A stretch of 64,000 nt of DNA, from assembly GCA_964234715.1 (NCBI GenBank), contig OZ174275.1; one strand, given 5' to 3'. This stretch comes from Podarcis melisellensis (lineage: Eukaryota). The notes under the pieces were generated by a model. The model had not been told where the DNA came from. It saw only the letters and a list, made by a program, of their open reading frames with translations, and did not search any database. The position numbers and the translations under genes are program-made. Shown here piece after piece: positions 12,001-23,985 of this stretch; positions within the stretch are counted from its first letter, which is position 1; each line of letters starts with the position of its first letter.

Positions 12001-15000
12001 GCCTGAGCTGTTTTGTTTCCACCACTCCTCTGTATCCATCCATCCGTTCCACAACATCCTCCATTGATAGGAAGGTATTCCTTTTTTTCCTTTCCAGTTT
12101 CCTTTCTGTTTTGCTCTGTCTTCCCCACTAAGAAATAGATTCCCCCCCCCCCAAGACACAGACATGTACTTAGGTGTGTGTGGGGGTTTTTTCGTAGCGT
12201 TTACCTTCTCATTTAAAATATTAGCTACTTATGCAAACCTAACTTAAAAAAACCAAACAAACACACACACCAAGTGTGAGTACTCAAGGGTACATTTAAA
12301 ACCCCTGTTGCGAAGGGATACAATTCTATAAACAGGTCACCCATTTTTCTCTTTTTCCCTTCTATAAATTGGGTATTCCTTTTCTTCCTTTTCCTTTCAA
12401 TGCCCTGCCAATTTTGATTTCTATAAATAAATCCAGTCTATCCTTTTAACTCCATACTGTGACTTTGGGGCTTTCAGATACTGTCTATCCCTGACACTCT
12501 GGGTCCATGTTACCAGGTTTACTCCCAAATACTGCTGAGGGTTTACTATCTTGTCATTAGCAGAATTTAATAAGGAGTTCTAACAGTCAGAGTACTGACA
12601 GTCTGAGAAAAAAATTGACTGGAACAGTGTAGGAGCTTCGGAAGCTCTGCATGTTCTAATCCATCTCAGGCTCCTTAATGTTAAATGAAATAGGCTGGAT
12701 CTTCACCGACCTTTTAAATATTATAAGCATGATATCAGATATATCATTCTAAAACATCACAGGGCATACTGGTAAATTCAAAACGTTCCTTACCTTTTGT
12801 TTGTCCAAACACAGTTTCGCTACTGCCGGTTCTTGATTGTTCTGCAGCACCCTCTGGCATCACATTGTCATAATGCACTACAATATTAACATTACCAGCA
12901 AAACACAATGTGTCCATCTTAACGTTATAAACCATGTGTGTAGATCTGCCCATAGTGTCTGTTGTGCAGTGAATGTGCAGGATGAGCGTACCAAGAAGAA
13001 GGCAGCTAGTTTCCTACTGAGGCCAGGCAAGGAGTAGTTAGTAGATACTGTCTAGTAGAGATGGTGACAACAACATGGAGAAAAATTGCTAAGACACTGA
13101 CAAAGCATACATGCGCACAGAGAATGGCACTTTAAATTCAAGTTCTTACTACATTCCAAATAAGATGGTCAAGAGCAGCCCAATATTTTTTGTTGCCTAA
13201 GGCAAAAGGCAAGATGGCACCCACCCCACATTTCCACACTCAAACGTTGACCAAACTGGATCTTATTTCAACATTGGCAAGGTTCAGGCAACCTACTAGG
13301 CCATATTCTCCATCCTCCTGTAACACCCTGCTGCTCCCCACCCTGGAGCATCTTCCGCCTTACTCTACCTAATAGTAGGACTTGCCATGAAGCCAAGAAA
13401 GGTTATGGCAATGGCCTGATCTATGTGATCCTATTTCACGTGTGAGAGGCATTGCAAGGTCACTTTCTTTCTCAATATTCACACGATTGAGTAGTCTGGT
13501 GAAAATTCATACACAACGTCCAACTTATCCTGCCCTTCTCATGACAGCCTTATGAGCACTTTTCTAAATGTGTTACTCCTTCAGAGACTGGGAAGGATCG
13601 CTTGTATTGTGCTTCTGCAAAGAATGCTGGAGGAATGCAATACTCTTCCCTGTAGTTAAGATGACAAACAAAAGAGCTTTGGTAGAGTTTGTTGATATGC
13701 ATGCAGCTATTTTTGTCTCACTTCAGACAGGGTGCATGTGTTTTGCATAAAGAACCTGAGGGTGCACCACATTCCTATAGAACTGTATGTATAGTATCCT
13801 ATAAGTTGACGTCTTGGGAATGATGAATGTGTGTATCCCTATTGCTCCCTCTGGTAAACTAGTGAAAGCAAAATATACGCGGCTGTATAGCTGCTTGCCA
13901 CCAAGTCAGGAACTGACAATAAAGCCAAGGGAATACTGAATGCTTGCAATAGCGGTTGGCAGCACACCAAGATATCAAAATAATTAGCACATCTGAAATG
14001 CAAAGGGCAGAGACTGGCTACATGATGGCAGTAACCACAATACAGCTTCATTCTGGAGAGAAATGACGCATTGTTAAGGAATGAGGCAAATATCCAGTGT
14101 TACTGCCAAAAATAAGGCAATAACAACATTTAGGCATACGTATTGAATACCAAACTGGACTGACTCCCCTTTCATTAGTCAGAGAACTGCTCAGCTATAT
14201 GAATATACTTTATCGGGTTCTTAATTACTTAGGTGAGTACTAGAAAAGAAAAGAAAACCAAGATGCAAATAATAAATAAACTTTCCCTGTTAAAGACTGA
14301 ATGCTTCATTTTGAAAATCACAGTGCTGACAATTTCGTAGGGTTAAGTACCCCATAAGGACTGTGCTCATGTAAGCCATCTATATAATGTTGAATTAGGG
14401 CAAGATTTCAAAGAGGCCAGTCTAGAACTATTTTAGTAACCTAGAAATTAGAGTAACATAGATGGTTCCCTCCATTTCCATGAATGACAATTCCATCAAA
14501 GGGTGATGGAATTAAGACTTTTAAATTCTTAACCTTTTCGATATTCCTGAAAATAATTCAAGAATTAACAAAGAACACAGTAGTAGCAGGACCATCCAAC
14601 CAAGACTCTGGGAAGACACTTAGAGCTCTGTGGAGATCTCTCCTCCAACTGAAGGCTTGAATGAATCTGCAGTAGTCCAAAGGCAGCCTGAAGAGCTCTA
14701 TCTCAATAATTTTTCACCTGGGACCCCCAAGCACCTCTTCTTCCACATCTCAAACCTTGCCTCATTCCCCAGTTCTACCACATCACCTCAGAACACAGAT
14801 GTGAAGGTGGAAGAGTCACAGGAGTACCTGTTTGATTGCTGGACAGTTTTCTTACCAGGCGTCTACGCAGGAGGGGGAGAAGACCCAGTTGTAAGATACA
14901 ACCTAGCAAAGGCCCAGGTAGAAAGAGACATGCCAATGACTATAGAAGAATCTCCTCTGAACCTTTTCTGGGTTATTCCCGTATTTCCTTTTGACCTCAT

Positions 15001-15198
15001 TAATTTACAGCTTCCATGCCAGATGCTGGTCATGCACAAATAGGTAGAACTGTATACAAAGGGCAATCCCTCTTCATATGTAGTGCTGGCTCCTTGCAAA
15101 CAAATTTCTGCAATTTGTGAGTCAGAACATAGGATCATGCACTCTCTTCAACACCAGTTCCTCTCTCTTTTCCCTTGTTAGTCTTAACAACCTACATG

Positions 15199-15370
15199 AG
15201 AGATCGATAGCTCAGTAGTAGAGAGAGCACACTTTCATGTAGATCATTCATTATTTGGTATTGCTAATGATAAAGAAAGGCCCCTACTTCAGACCCTGGG
15301 AAGCTTGTGCAGGCCACAGAACAATGAAGTAGATAGGCTAATAGCCTGACTCATTATAAAGTAACTCCCA
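15199..15370 (+). mobile_element. Decayed tRNA-derived SINE (same family as 43126 and 49350)
   Basis: TAGCTCAGTAGTAGAG head; body ...ACCCTGGGAAGC...TAGATAGGCTAATAGCCTGACTCATTATAAAG. Confidence 0.5.
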
Positions 15371-16212
15371 GCTTCTTGTTCTTAAGTAATAAATATAATT
15401 CTGTGCTGAGGAATTATTTTAAAGAACAGAATTTAACAGGTACATAATATCTCTTTCACTCTCCCTCCCAAACCCACATTACAACTTATTCTGTCTTTGC
15501 AATTGTAGTAAGCCATAAGAAAAATATCAACAAAAATAAGGAGTATCTCAAGCATATGTCAAACTGTCTCTAGAAAAGTCTTTGGCACCTATTGAAGACC
15601 ATTCTTTTCCAACAAGCCTTTTAAGACAAGATTTCTTATCTCACTCTGTAGGTGTACTAGACTTGAAATTGTTGTTATGTGTGCTTTTATTGTTAAATTA
15701 CTTTAAGTTGTTTTATGGAAGTGATTCATACATAAATAAAGAAATAAGCAAACTGCAAACCTTCAGCAAACATTCCTCAACCTCAAAATAACACAGAGAT
15801 TCTTGATTAAGTACCTTCCATTATTTACGTTTAAGAAACCGGGCATCTAGGTCATTGTTAAAACATTAAAAGCAAATCCAACAGTTAATATGTATGAGAA
15901 GAATTTAATTAGTTGTTCTCTTGCACCAGCGCTTTAATAAGAAGTGGCTGTAGAGGACATTGCTGTCACAGCCCTGTTCCTGAGTTAAGAGTCAGAGGAG
16001 GATAAGCTGGATGCGTTCTGCTGGACAACTTAACTGGGTGCCTGATCCTCAAGCAAATGCTCCAGTGCCCAGGGAACCTAAGCTAGGGCTGTCATGGATG
16101 CCTTCTTCAAAATCCATTTAGCCTGAGAAGTCACCTCCTTGACCACCAGACCTACTCAATAACACAGTGACCATACCAGTCTGGAGACTACAGAAAAGAG
16201 AGGCACTCTCCT

Positions 16213-16330
16213 TCATAGATTCAATCACAGAATTGTAGAGTTGGGAGCGACCACGAGGGTCATCTAGTCAAAGCCTATGTAATGCAGGAAGCTTTTGCCT
16301 AATGTGGGGCAATGCTCTATCCCATGCTAA
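16213..16330 (-). mobile_element. SINE with CR1-like tail (same family as 8401), apparently nested in an LTR-like sequence (~15964-16600)
   Basis: ACAGAATTGTAGAGTTGGGAGCGACCACGAGGGTCATCTAGTC...AATGCAGGAAGCTTTTGCC is the reverse complement of the 8401 tail. Confidence 0.6.
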
Positions 16331-19208
16331 GGGGTTGCCCCGATTCACATTCTTCAGGCAGGAGATGGAGCTCTGGTGGTGCAGACTGAATGGAGAAACT
16401 CACCTCCACCCTTTGTTTGAGTAAGCTGTTTGTTTGCTCTTCCTATCTTGTGGGAGCTTTCTACAGGTGGGGGCGGGATCAGGATAATTATTTGAGATGC
16501 CTACACACTGATCAGGTCTATTGTGCTGCTTTTGGGAGGCTCAGGAAAAGCAGGACCCCCTTCTCCTACATTAAACGGCATCTGATGAAATTTGTTTGGT
16601 TGACGATCACAATGGATAATTGTGTAAACATATTCTAGAAATAATGCCTGATAATAATGGAGAGGGGAAGCACAGGGTACACAGAGAGTACATTTTAAGG
16701 TTTCAGTCATGGTTGTACCTTATAAGAGACACAGGTTTGTATGGCATTTTAATAGTAGTTATGAACTGGTTGTTGTGTTCACATTACTGACTAATTTAAT
16801 ACTGGCTATGTTGAAAATCTTGTTAGGCATTTATGCATTGTTGGTGTATGTATAATCTTTGTCTATGGGAATCCTGTGGGCTTAGTTGGAATAAAGTTTG
16901 TGAATAATTAATGTGAACCAATTTTCTCTAGTTCAAATAATAATTATACCAAGAAATAAAGAAATACAGCAATGGTTTCCATTGTATATTTGAGTAGCCA
17001 CCCAGTGAAGCTCTTCTATGTGATCTGGAGGTTGGTCACTCCTGACAGGGGCCAGATCTCTGCAGTAAACAGTGTCTAGGTGGAACTGGTTGACTTAGCA
17101 CTTCCAGGATAAAGTTGCTTGGCTCTGCAGTGATGAAGATGCTGCTCTTGTGACAGTGTCAGCCAAGGTGTCCAATGAGTCATGAACCTATGTTGGGGGG
17201 TAATACTAAGCTAAACCATATTCCTTAGCTATTCTACAGGTCCATCACATATGATAGAAAGTTCCTTCCATATCATTACATTTCCAACAATCACCTGACT
17301 CCAGTAAGATCACAGTGGAAGATGTGCAGCTGGTGGTGAGCCCATGGGACACCATCTCTTGGACGTCTGTTGCCCAAGGCAACTGCTTCAGCCTACCTTA
17401 TGGATGGGCCAGCCCTGCTGATTAGGCAGCAGATCAAGGCAAGCATGTCCAAGGGAGCAATCACATCCACATCCAAGCCTCTTAGACCCCACATGGCTGT
17501 TAAAGTGAATGTGAATATGGAGAACTCTATATTGTTAAGGGTGCTCAAAGTTGTTAGGAGATAGAAGTACAATTCCCAGCACCTGTAACAAATTATAGTT
17601 CCTGGCATGATGTGTGTGTGGGGGGGAGCACATTACAGTTTAAATGGTATAAGAGAGCTGTTGGTGTGGATGTGAATGGTAGGAAGCAGGCCCCATGAGG
17701 AACTGGTCATAAATAGGGCATTACCTATCCACTCAGCTGCAAACCATTATTTATGGCAATATTTCCATACAGATGCCAACCATTTGGAGGGCATTTTTCT
17801 AGTTTGTTGTGAAAGACTGTGCCAAACCTAAGACTGGGTTTGAAATCCATAGAAAACTGACAAAACAGGGAAGGGAACTTCGACAATAACAGACTTCGCA
17901 TACGAGAACAAAGGCAAAGTAGAATAATGGAAGCACACAAAACAAACTAAGTGATTATGAGAGGAAACAACCAAAGCAAGACATCAAAAATAAAGGCAAC
18001 ATGTTAGTACAGATTGATCCAGGGCTGTAATTCAATGAAGCTGCCTTATCTATTGACTTGCTGCGTAGTTTGTGTGAATTGCTGTCGTTGGTCCACTTTC
18101 CAACCTGCACAAGTATTATAAAGACAATTATATCCTATCTGAATAGTTTTTGAAGCCTCTGGCTGGAAATGACTGTGTAAAAGCTAGGTGCTATTACAGC
18201 TGGAAATTGTCAAAACATGATGTGATTTTGTTCCCTGTTGCAGATGCAGTCTCCTTGAATTGCCGTGTAAAGTAAGCCACTCTTGTGTTGAAAGATGCTC
18301 TCTCCCCCCTCTCTCTTTTTGCTATTGCAGGGAGCATTTCTGCTTTCTGGTCTGATAAAAGCCGTCTTGCCAACCTAGCTTGGCAAATTTTTCATACTGA
18401 GGTTGCTTTTGCATTCTTTAAGAGCAGCGACTGTGCTATAGAGCATCTGAAGATGTAAGCATTTTTTGGCACAAAGGAATCAAAGAGAAGTTATGATAAT
18501 CATTGAAGGTTCAGAAATCCATGGGAAACCAGAAGAGTGCACACAGGCTGGGATAATTGTGTCTGTATAATACAAATGGAAATCTGTTTAAAAGTGTCTG
18601 GGAGTTACCAGGTGAATCTATTTTATTTTTTTGGTTTGTGTAAAAGGAGTCACTTATGTAGATAGCAAGGAATTTCTCTACTTGCATTTCCAATATTATA
18701 TATTGAGCGGTGGAGAGGTGTATTATTTTTAATTACACGTGTATGTGTGAGTGAGAATTAAAAGCAGTTATTATCTGCTTCCTCTTCTCTTCCAGCAAGA
18801 ATTATGGACAGTTTTCTACCAGTACAGTTGAGGTTGCATGCAGTTTTTATGCTCAGGTAACCAATATTTCTAAGGATCACACTGAATTATACCTAGTTTG
18901 GGGGCAGGGGCTGATTCAGATGTTGCACCACTTTTTATACTTGCCAGCATCTATAGTTGTGAGGTGGGCATAACATGTCAGTGGAGAGTCTATAGACCTC
19001 TGCTATACCATGGTCTCAAAGATTTCAAAATGTTAAAGTCTGTGTGCTTTCTTAGCGCACATTGTATGATGCTTATATGAACAATGAGCTTAGTACTGTA
19101 ATACAAAAATGGCTGGAAGTCTTTCATGTGAGCATAGAAAGCAGTTTGTGAGTGCAGATGGTAATGTTTGAACTGGCCTTTATAATGTCACACAAGGTAG
19201 GCTTGATT

Positions 19209-19360
19209 TCATAGAATCATAAAACTCTAGAGTTGGAAGGGATCCCCAAGGATCATCTCGTCCAACCCCCTGCAATGCTGGAATCTCAACACGTTTCCCC
19301 ATCCAATTTGAAACCATACCAGACCCTGCTTAGCTTTGCAAATGTGCTAGCAGTGTTGTT
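19209..19360 (-). mobile_element. 5S-derived head joined to a CR1-like SINE tail
   Basis: Minus strand: AAGCTAAGCAGGGTCTGGTATGGTTTCAAATTGGATGGGGAAAC, then GCATTGCAGGGGGTTGGACGAGATGATCCTTGGGGATCCCTTCCAACTCTAGAG...ATGATTCTATGA. Confidence 0.65.
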
Positions 19361-20264
19361 GCTTCACCACATTTGCATGCATTAACAAAAAGAAAATATT
19401 TAGTGATTTGAGACAATAAACATATACAAGTCAAGTAAACATAGCATGTAACCAAAGGGCCATGTATCAATAGTATTACTCGTAATGGCTTCACTTTTTT
19501 CACTTTCATAAGAGCTAAAGGGTATTACACTGACAGGTTAACAAATTTATACTGTTGACACATTGCAACAGGAGTACAGAACCTGTGATCACCCAGATGT
19601 GGTTGGACTGCATCTCCCACCATCCCTGACCATTGGGAGTTGGACTCCAACCAGCAACATCTCTATGTCTGCAAGTTCCCTACCCTTATTTCACACACTG
19701 TTTGGCTGTAGGTTAAGAAATTTCCTGATTATGCAGTGACCAATTACATTATACACTCAATTACTTACCTAGGCATTAGTATTCCTAGCAAGGCTTACTG
19801 GCCATGCCAGACAGAACTTGCTCTCTGCATGCCTATGATTTGGGAAGTGTACCAATTAGTTATCTGGGATGAGATGATCATTCAAATATAATGATCAAAA
19901 TGAAGGTTACACAAATTGATTCTGGACAGGCTGTGCTTCATTTGTTTACTTGAAGTTTTGAAGAGTTCCCAATACATAATCAAGGCTGAAATCACACGCC
20001 AGCAGAACTAACACAAGTTGTACTGAGGGTATCTTCCTTCTCCAAGCCTGCCCAAGGACTAGAAAAAATGGCAAAAAGCTATGATTATGTTGGACTATGT
20101 ATTTGACACTGTGAGCTACAGTGGAAATGTATACCAGGTTGGTGAGACATCACTAATAGCATTAAAAGCACAATCGCCTTGCTGCCATATAGTTTTTAAT
20201 CAAGAAAGCTGCTAATGGTGGAACCCAATAGCACAAGTATTTCCCTGTTTCATACCGCAATATT

Positions 20265-20535
20265 GAAGCAATCTGAAGCATGTTTATTTGGGAGTTAAAT
20301 CCCTTAGAATTTAGTGGAGCTTGTGTGTGACTTAACATGCATAATGCAGGATCTTAAGGTGCATTCTTAAGCATCTTAACAATATGATCCTAACAATGTT
20401 TCTTCATAAGTAAACCCCCTGAATTCAGTTGTGCCTAGTTCTGAGTAAGAAACCTAGGCCAGCAGTCATACTTGAAAATAAAGTTGTATTTAAATTGGTG
20501 GAACTTCATTCTAAGTAAATGTGTTAATCTGGGTG
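20265..20535. repeat. Stack of ~90-bp palindromic MITE relics (Harbinger/Chompy-like)
   Basis: About 3 consecutive degenerate units of GCAATCCTA..CATGTTTAC.TGGGAGTAA..CCC..TGAATTCA..GG..TTACT..AGTAAACATG..AGGATTGC. Confidence 0.5.
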
Positions 20536-21129
20536 TCTGAACAAATGAAAGCACCCTATTAACATTTCATGGATGTGTTTCTAGTATGTCAATTATGCCA
20601 AGTTATATAGACACAAATCCTTGATGGCTGCCGAATGCTGCAGAACTCCTGCCCTTAGGCTCTCAGGCACTAATATTATTTCTTTAAAACCTTATTTGTG
20701 TGGCTTGTGTTTTTATTTGAATAATTTATATGCTTTTACTTTGAAGAATTGCAACTGGTCCCTAACCCTCATTTTTGGGTGGGCTAGCAATCAAAATAAT
20801 GTCTTTTAAAAGTGGGTGCATAGTGAATGTACTAATAATGACTATCTAGAAGTTTTCCTTGGTTCTATATTTACTCATTTCTGTATTTTGCATTACACAA
20901 CTCAAATTTTCTTAGTGATTCTATGTACAAAATTGGGGAGCTTGATTGTTGCCTTTTCCCATTTCAACACACTTCTGTTGGGCTGAACATTCTGGGTTGC
21001 ATCCAGTCATACTTGGAGTACACCCAATGAGATCAATAGTCCTAAGTTATTGTAATGTCCGAGTATGACTTAGCTGAATACAGCTAACTCTCCTAAATTT
21101 CCCTGATGAGGTGCTAGTTAAGCCTGTTT

Positions 21130-21383
21130 TAGGGTTGCCATATTTCAAAAGGTAAAAACCGGGACACCCCAGATGATGTTGAGTTTTTTAGGAAACCAAC
21201 AAAATTGTTGAGCTTCTAAAGGAAAACCCAAAAGTTGTTGAGCTGTCTTTTTATTAAAACACAAAAAACCTATGCTTTTTTGGTCTATTTGCCAAAGATC
21301 CAGGAAAAACCGCCACCCAGATGTCACTTCCGCCTTTGAAATCCTGGTAATGTCTGGGAAAATCCAGACATATGGCAGCCCTA
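21130..21383. mobile_element. hAT-like MITE (TIR TAGGGTTGCCATAT)
   Basis: TAGGGTTGCCATAT ... ATATGGCAGCCCTA, with internal short repeats (TGTTGAGC/T); no clean TSD. Confidence 0.75.
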
Positions 21384-21560
21384 GTTTTTAAGTACCTGCA
21401 AATCAGAACATTCCTGTGCCTGTATCTGGACTATGGATCTGGGATGCCTAACATTGTTCCCCTGTCATTAACAGAGCAGCCAAAGCACATTCTCACAATC
21501 TCTTTCATTTTATATGTGTATATGGCAAGTTTGGGAAACATGTGACCTTTGGACTCCAGC

Positions 21561-22169
21561 TAGGGTTGCCACCATTGGTTGGGCAAAATAAAGAACAGGT
21601 CGGGCAAAATACAGGACAGGACAGGGCGGGGGGAGGGATTGAGGGGCTAAAAATTACTTCACTGGATGCTGAAATGACTTCAAAGCAATCCATTACAATG
21701 GCACGTGGGGGTTACAGTGGTTTATTCAATGAAAACAACAACAAAAGCACTCGCCCTCTGAGTTTATGCACAGAGGCAGGTGGAACTCCTTCCCAATCCC
21801 CTCTGCTCTCCACTGGGTGGATGGACAGACCAGATCCATGTAACACCCCTCTTTCTCCAGGACTTACCCTCTGCCCGCACAAAAACCCTCTCTCAAACTC
21901 CTCCTCCTCGCCCCACCCCATTCTCTGCTCACCATCCCACAATAACTCTTGCTCTCATTCTCCATCTCATAGACCCACCCTCCCCATACAAACAACTGCT
22001 CAGGCTCTCCCTCTCCACCTCAAACCAGACCCACCCTCTGCTCTCACCGTTTTGAGGATGAGAATGAGCTTGAATACATGAAAAAAGGCATCCTGTCCAA
22101 ACAGGGCAGGGGACACTTTTCTCCCCAAAAAGGACAGTCACATATTTCTAGGGACGGGTGGCAACCCTA
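21561..22169. mobile_element. 609-bp hAT-like non-autonomous element inserted into a palindromic MITE
   Basis: Perfect 13-bp TIR TAGGGTTGCCACC/GGTGGCAACCCTA; TSD ACTCCAGC/ACTCTCGC. The flanks (21525-21560 and 22170-22266) rejoin into a 4838-type MITE. Confidence 0.8.
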
Positions 22170-23848
22170 ACTCTCGCTCCCACCATCCCTGTCCGTTGGC
22201 CACACTGGCAGGGGCAGATGGGAGTTGGAGTCCAACATTTGGAAGGTCACAGGTTCTCTATTCCTGGCATACAGGGTAGCTAACTTGGTACCTTCAAGAT
22301 TTTGCTATTGCTTCCATCATCCCTGACCATTGGTCATGCTAGCTGGGGCTGATATGTATAAGTTCCCAGATTCAATAGCTGGAGCTACTTGTTCAAGGAC
22401 TTGAGGTAGCAAGGCTAAAAAAGACTGTGTGCTTGAGACCTCGTAAGAGAGTTGTTGCCAATTAGAAGAGACTGTACTCAATTTAATGGCATGCTATAAG
22501 GCAGGTTGTAAAGTGCTTCTGCCATTTTAGGGGTATTTGTGCAATGGGATATATGTAGAAGGTAATGTTTTACAGAACTATGATATTGCAGGGAATATCC
22601 ATCCTAGGCATGGCTATCCTAGAAGCATTTTGAGGTGTTTGATAGCGTCTGGCACTTGGGTGTTTTTTTGTTTTTACTGCCATGGAGCAGTGGGGTGCCT
22701 TGTTGTATAGGATTCTGTGAGAGGCTGCTTGTTCTGTGGGGCTTAGAAGCTCTTTTATGGAGATGTGAGAGGCACCATGTGTGCGACAGAGATGCTTTTC
22801 AAAATAAAACTGCAAGGTGCCTGCGATTTTATAGTGGGGTTCTTGAAGCTGTACATGTGCCAGTCAGGTAGGCTGGTCTAACTGTAACACTGGGAAATGA
22901 AGGCTGGGTACACACCCTTGTTTACTCTGCACCCAGTGTGCTCCCAACAGTGGCTTGGGAAGCAGTGTACACATGACGTTTGCCACAATCCATATCTGTC
23001 CTGTTGTTTTCCTTATCAGGTTTTTAATATTCTGTTGGGAGCCGCCCAGAGTATTATTATTATTCCTTATGAAATACTGCATTTCGATGCACTTTCCCCA
23101 CAAACTACCTTCAGCCCGACTTGAGGAAAAGAACAATCTAGCTGTGTTTTAAACCAGTAATGTTTACACAAAATAATGGATGCAGTCCTAAACTCCATTT
23201 ACCAGGGAATAAGCTTAATTGAATTAAAAAGGATTTACTGCTGAGTACACATGGCCAGGATTTCAGTATAAATTACCAAGAAACTGCTGCTGTTTTCGTT
23301 TTTGTAATGTTCAAGACTGGAAGAGTTTCTAGAAAAAATAAATATAAATGATAAGCCAAGATATGTCCATAGACATATTAAACCAACAAGCAGTTTGCAT
23401 GCCCACCCCCAGTGTTTATTTACAAAACATGAAGAAAAGCCCTGCCCCCTTCCAGGTATGTTAACAAAATCTTAACCAAGCATCTACATTCCCCCTCTGC
23501 TTTTCTCACCCCGGTTATTTTGAAACGATTACGAGTCAAAATGAGATTTGAAGCAGCGATTGCTCTGCTCAGACCTCAGGCTCTTAGTCTCTGCAGAGGA
23601 AGCATCTACTGCTACCCCACGGAGGACGCCCGCCGCGCGCCCCCCTTCCTATGCCAATTCGGATTAAACTACACCCTGCAGCAGACGTGTTAATCCGATA
23701 CTTCTTCCCACCTGTTTCCTCGCCCGTTACCCAACGACCTGAGCCGCCGGAGAGACTACGCTTCCCAGCATGCACCTCGGCCGCTCCGCGCTCCGCTCCC
23801 GTGTAGCAGGATTTTCCCTGTGGATTGCGCATGCCTAGCCAGACGTGG

Positions 23849-23863
23849 CAGCAGCAGCAGCAG
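23849..23863 (+). repeat. (CAG)5 upstream of the PDIA5 start codon
   Basis: Directly visible. Confidence 0.9.
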
Positions 23864-23913
23864 CCGCCAGAGCCAGCAGCTCCTCGTTCTGCCAGCGCGA
23901 GCGGCAGTCGGTG

Positions 23914-23985
23914 ATGGGTCTGGCGGGGCGCAGCTTTGGGAGGACGAAGTGCTTCGCAGGGAGGATGTTGCTGCTGGCCCTCTTG
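23914..23985 (+). CDS. PDIA5: PDIA5 coding exon 1 (signal peptide, MGLAGRSFGRTKCFAGRMLLLALL); alternative in-frame ATG at 23965
   Basis: Lies in the CpG island. ATG 23914 has a good Kozak context (gtgATGg) and there is an in-frame upstream stop at 23836. Hydrophobic LLLALL ends at a perfect donor TTG|GTAAGT (23986), phase 0, which joins exon 2 in frame to complete a signal peptide like human MARAGPAWLLLAIW|VVLPSWLSSAK. Confidence 0.85.

Noticed and set aside
12794-12958. Possible minus-strand exon (ATG 12953, AAG|GTAAGG donor at 12793)
   Set aside because: Weak acceptor, no recognisable protein similarity (not SEMA5B-like), and no partner exons found; RNA-seq would be needed.
14630-15043. 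137-aa ORF
   Set aside because: Non-ATG start, no recognisable domain and no convincing splice context.
21103-21135. Other CTGANGA motifs (e.g. 21103, 32497, 4335 and 43631 on the minus strand) as hammerheads
   Set aside because: None has a stem II followed by GAAA and a UH site with a closing stem I.
21542-22081. 179-aa ORF
   Set aside because: Lies inside a non-autonomous hAT-like element; low-complexity Pro/Ser sequence with no transposase motifs.
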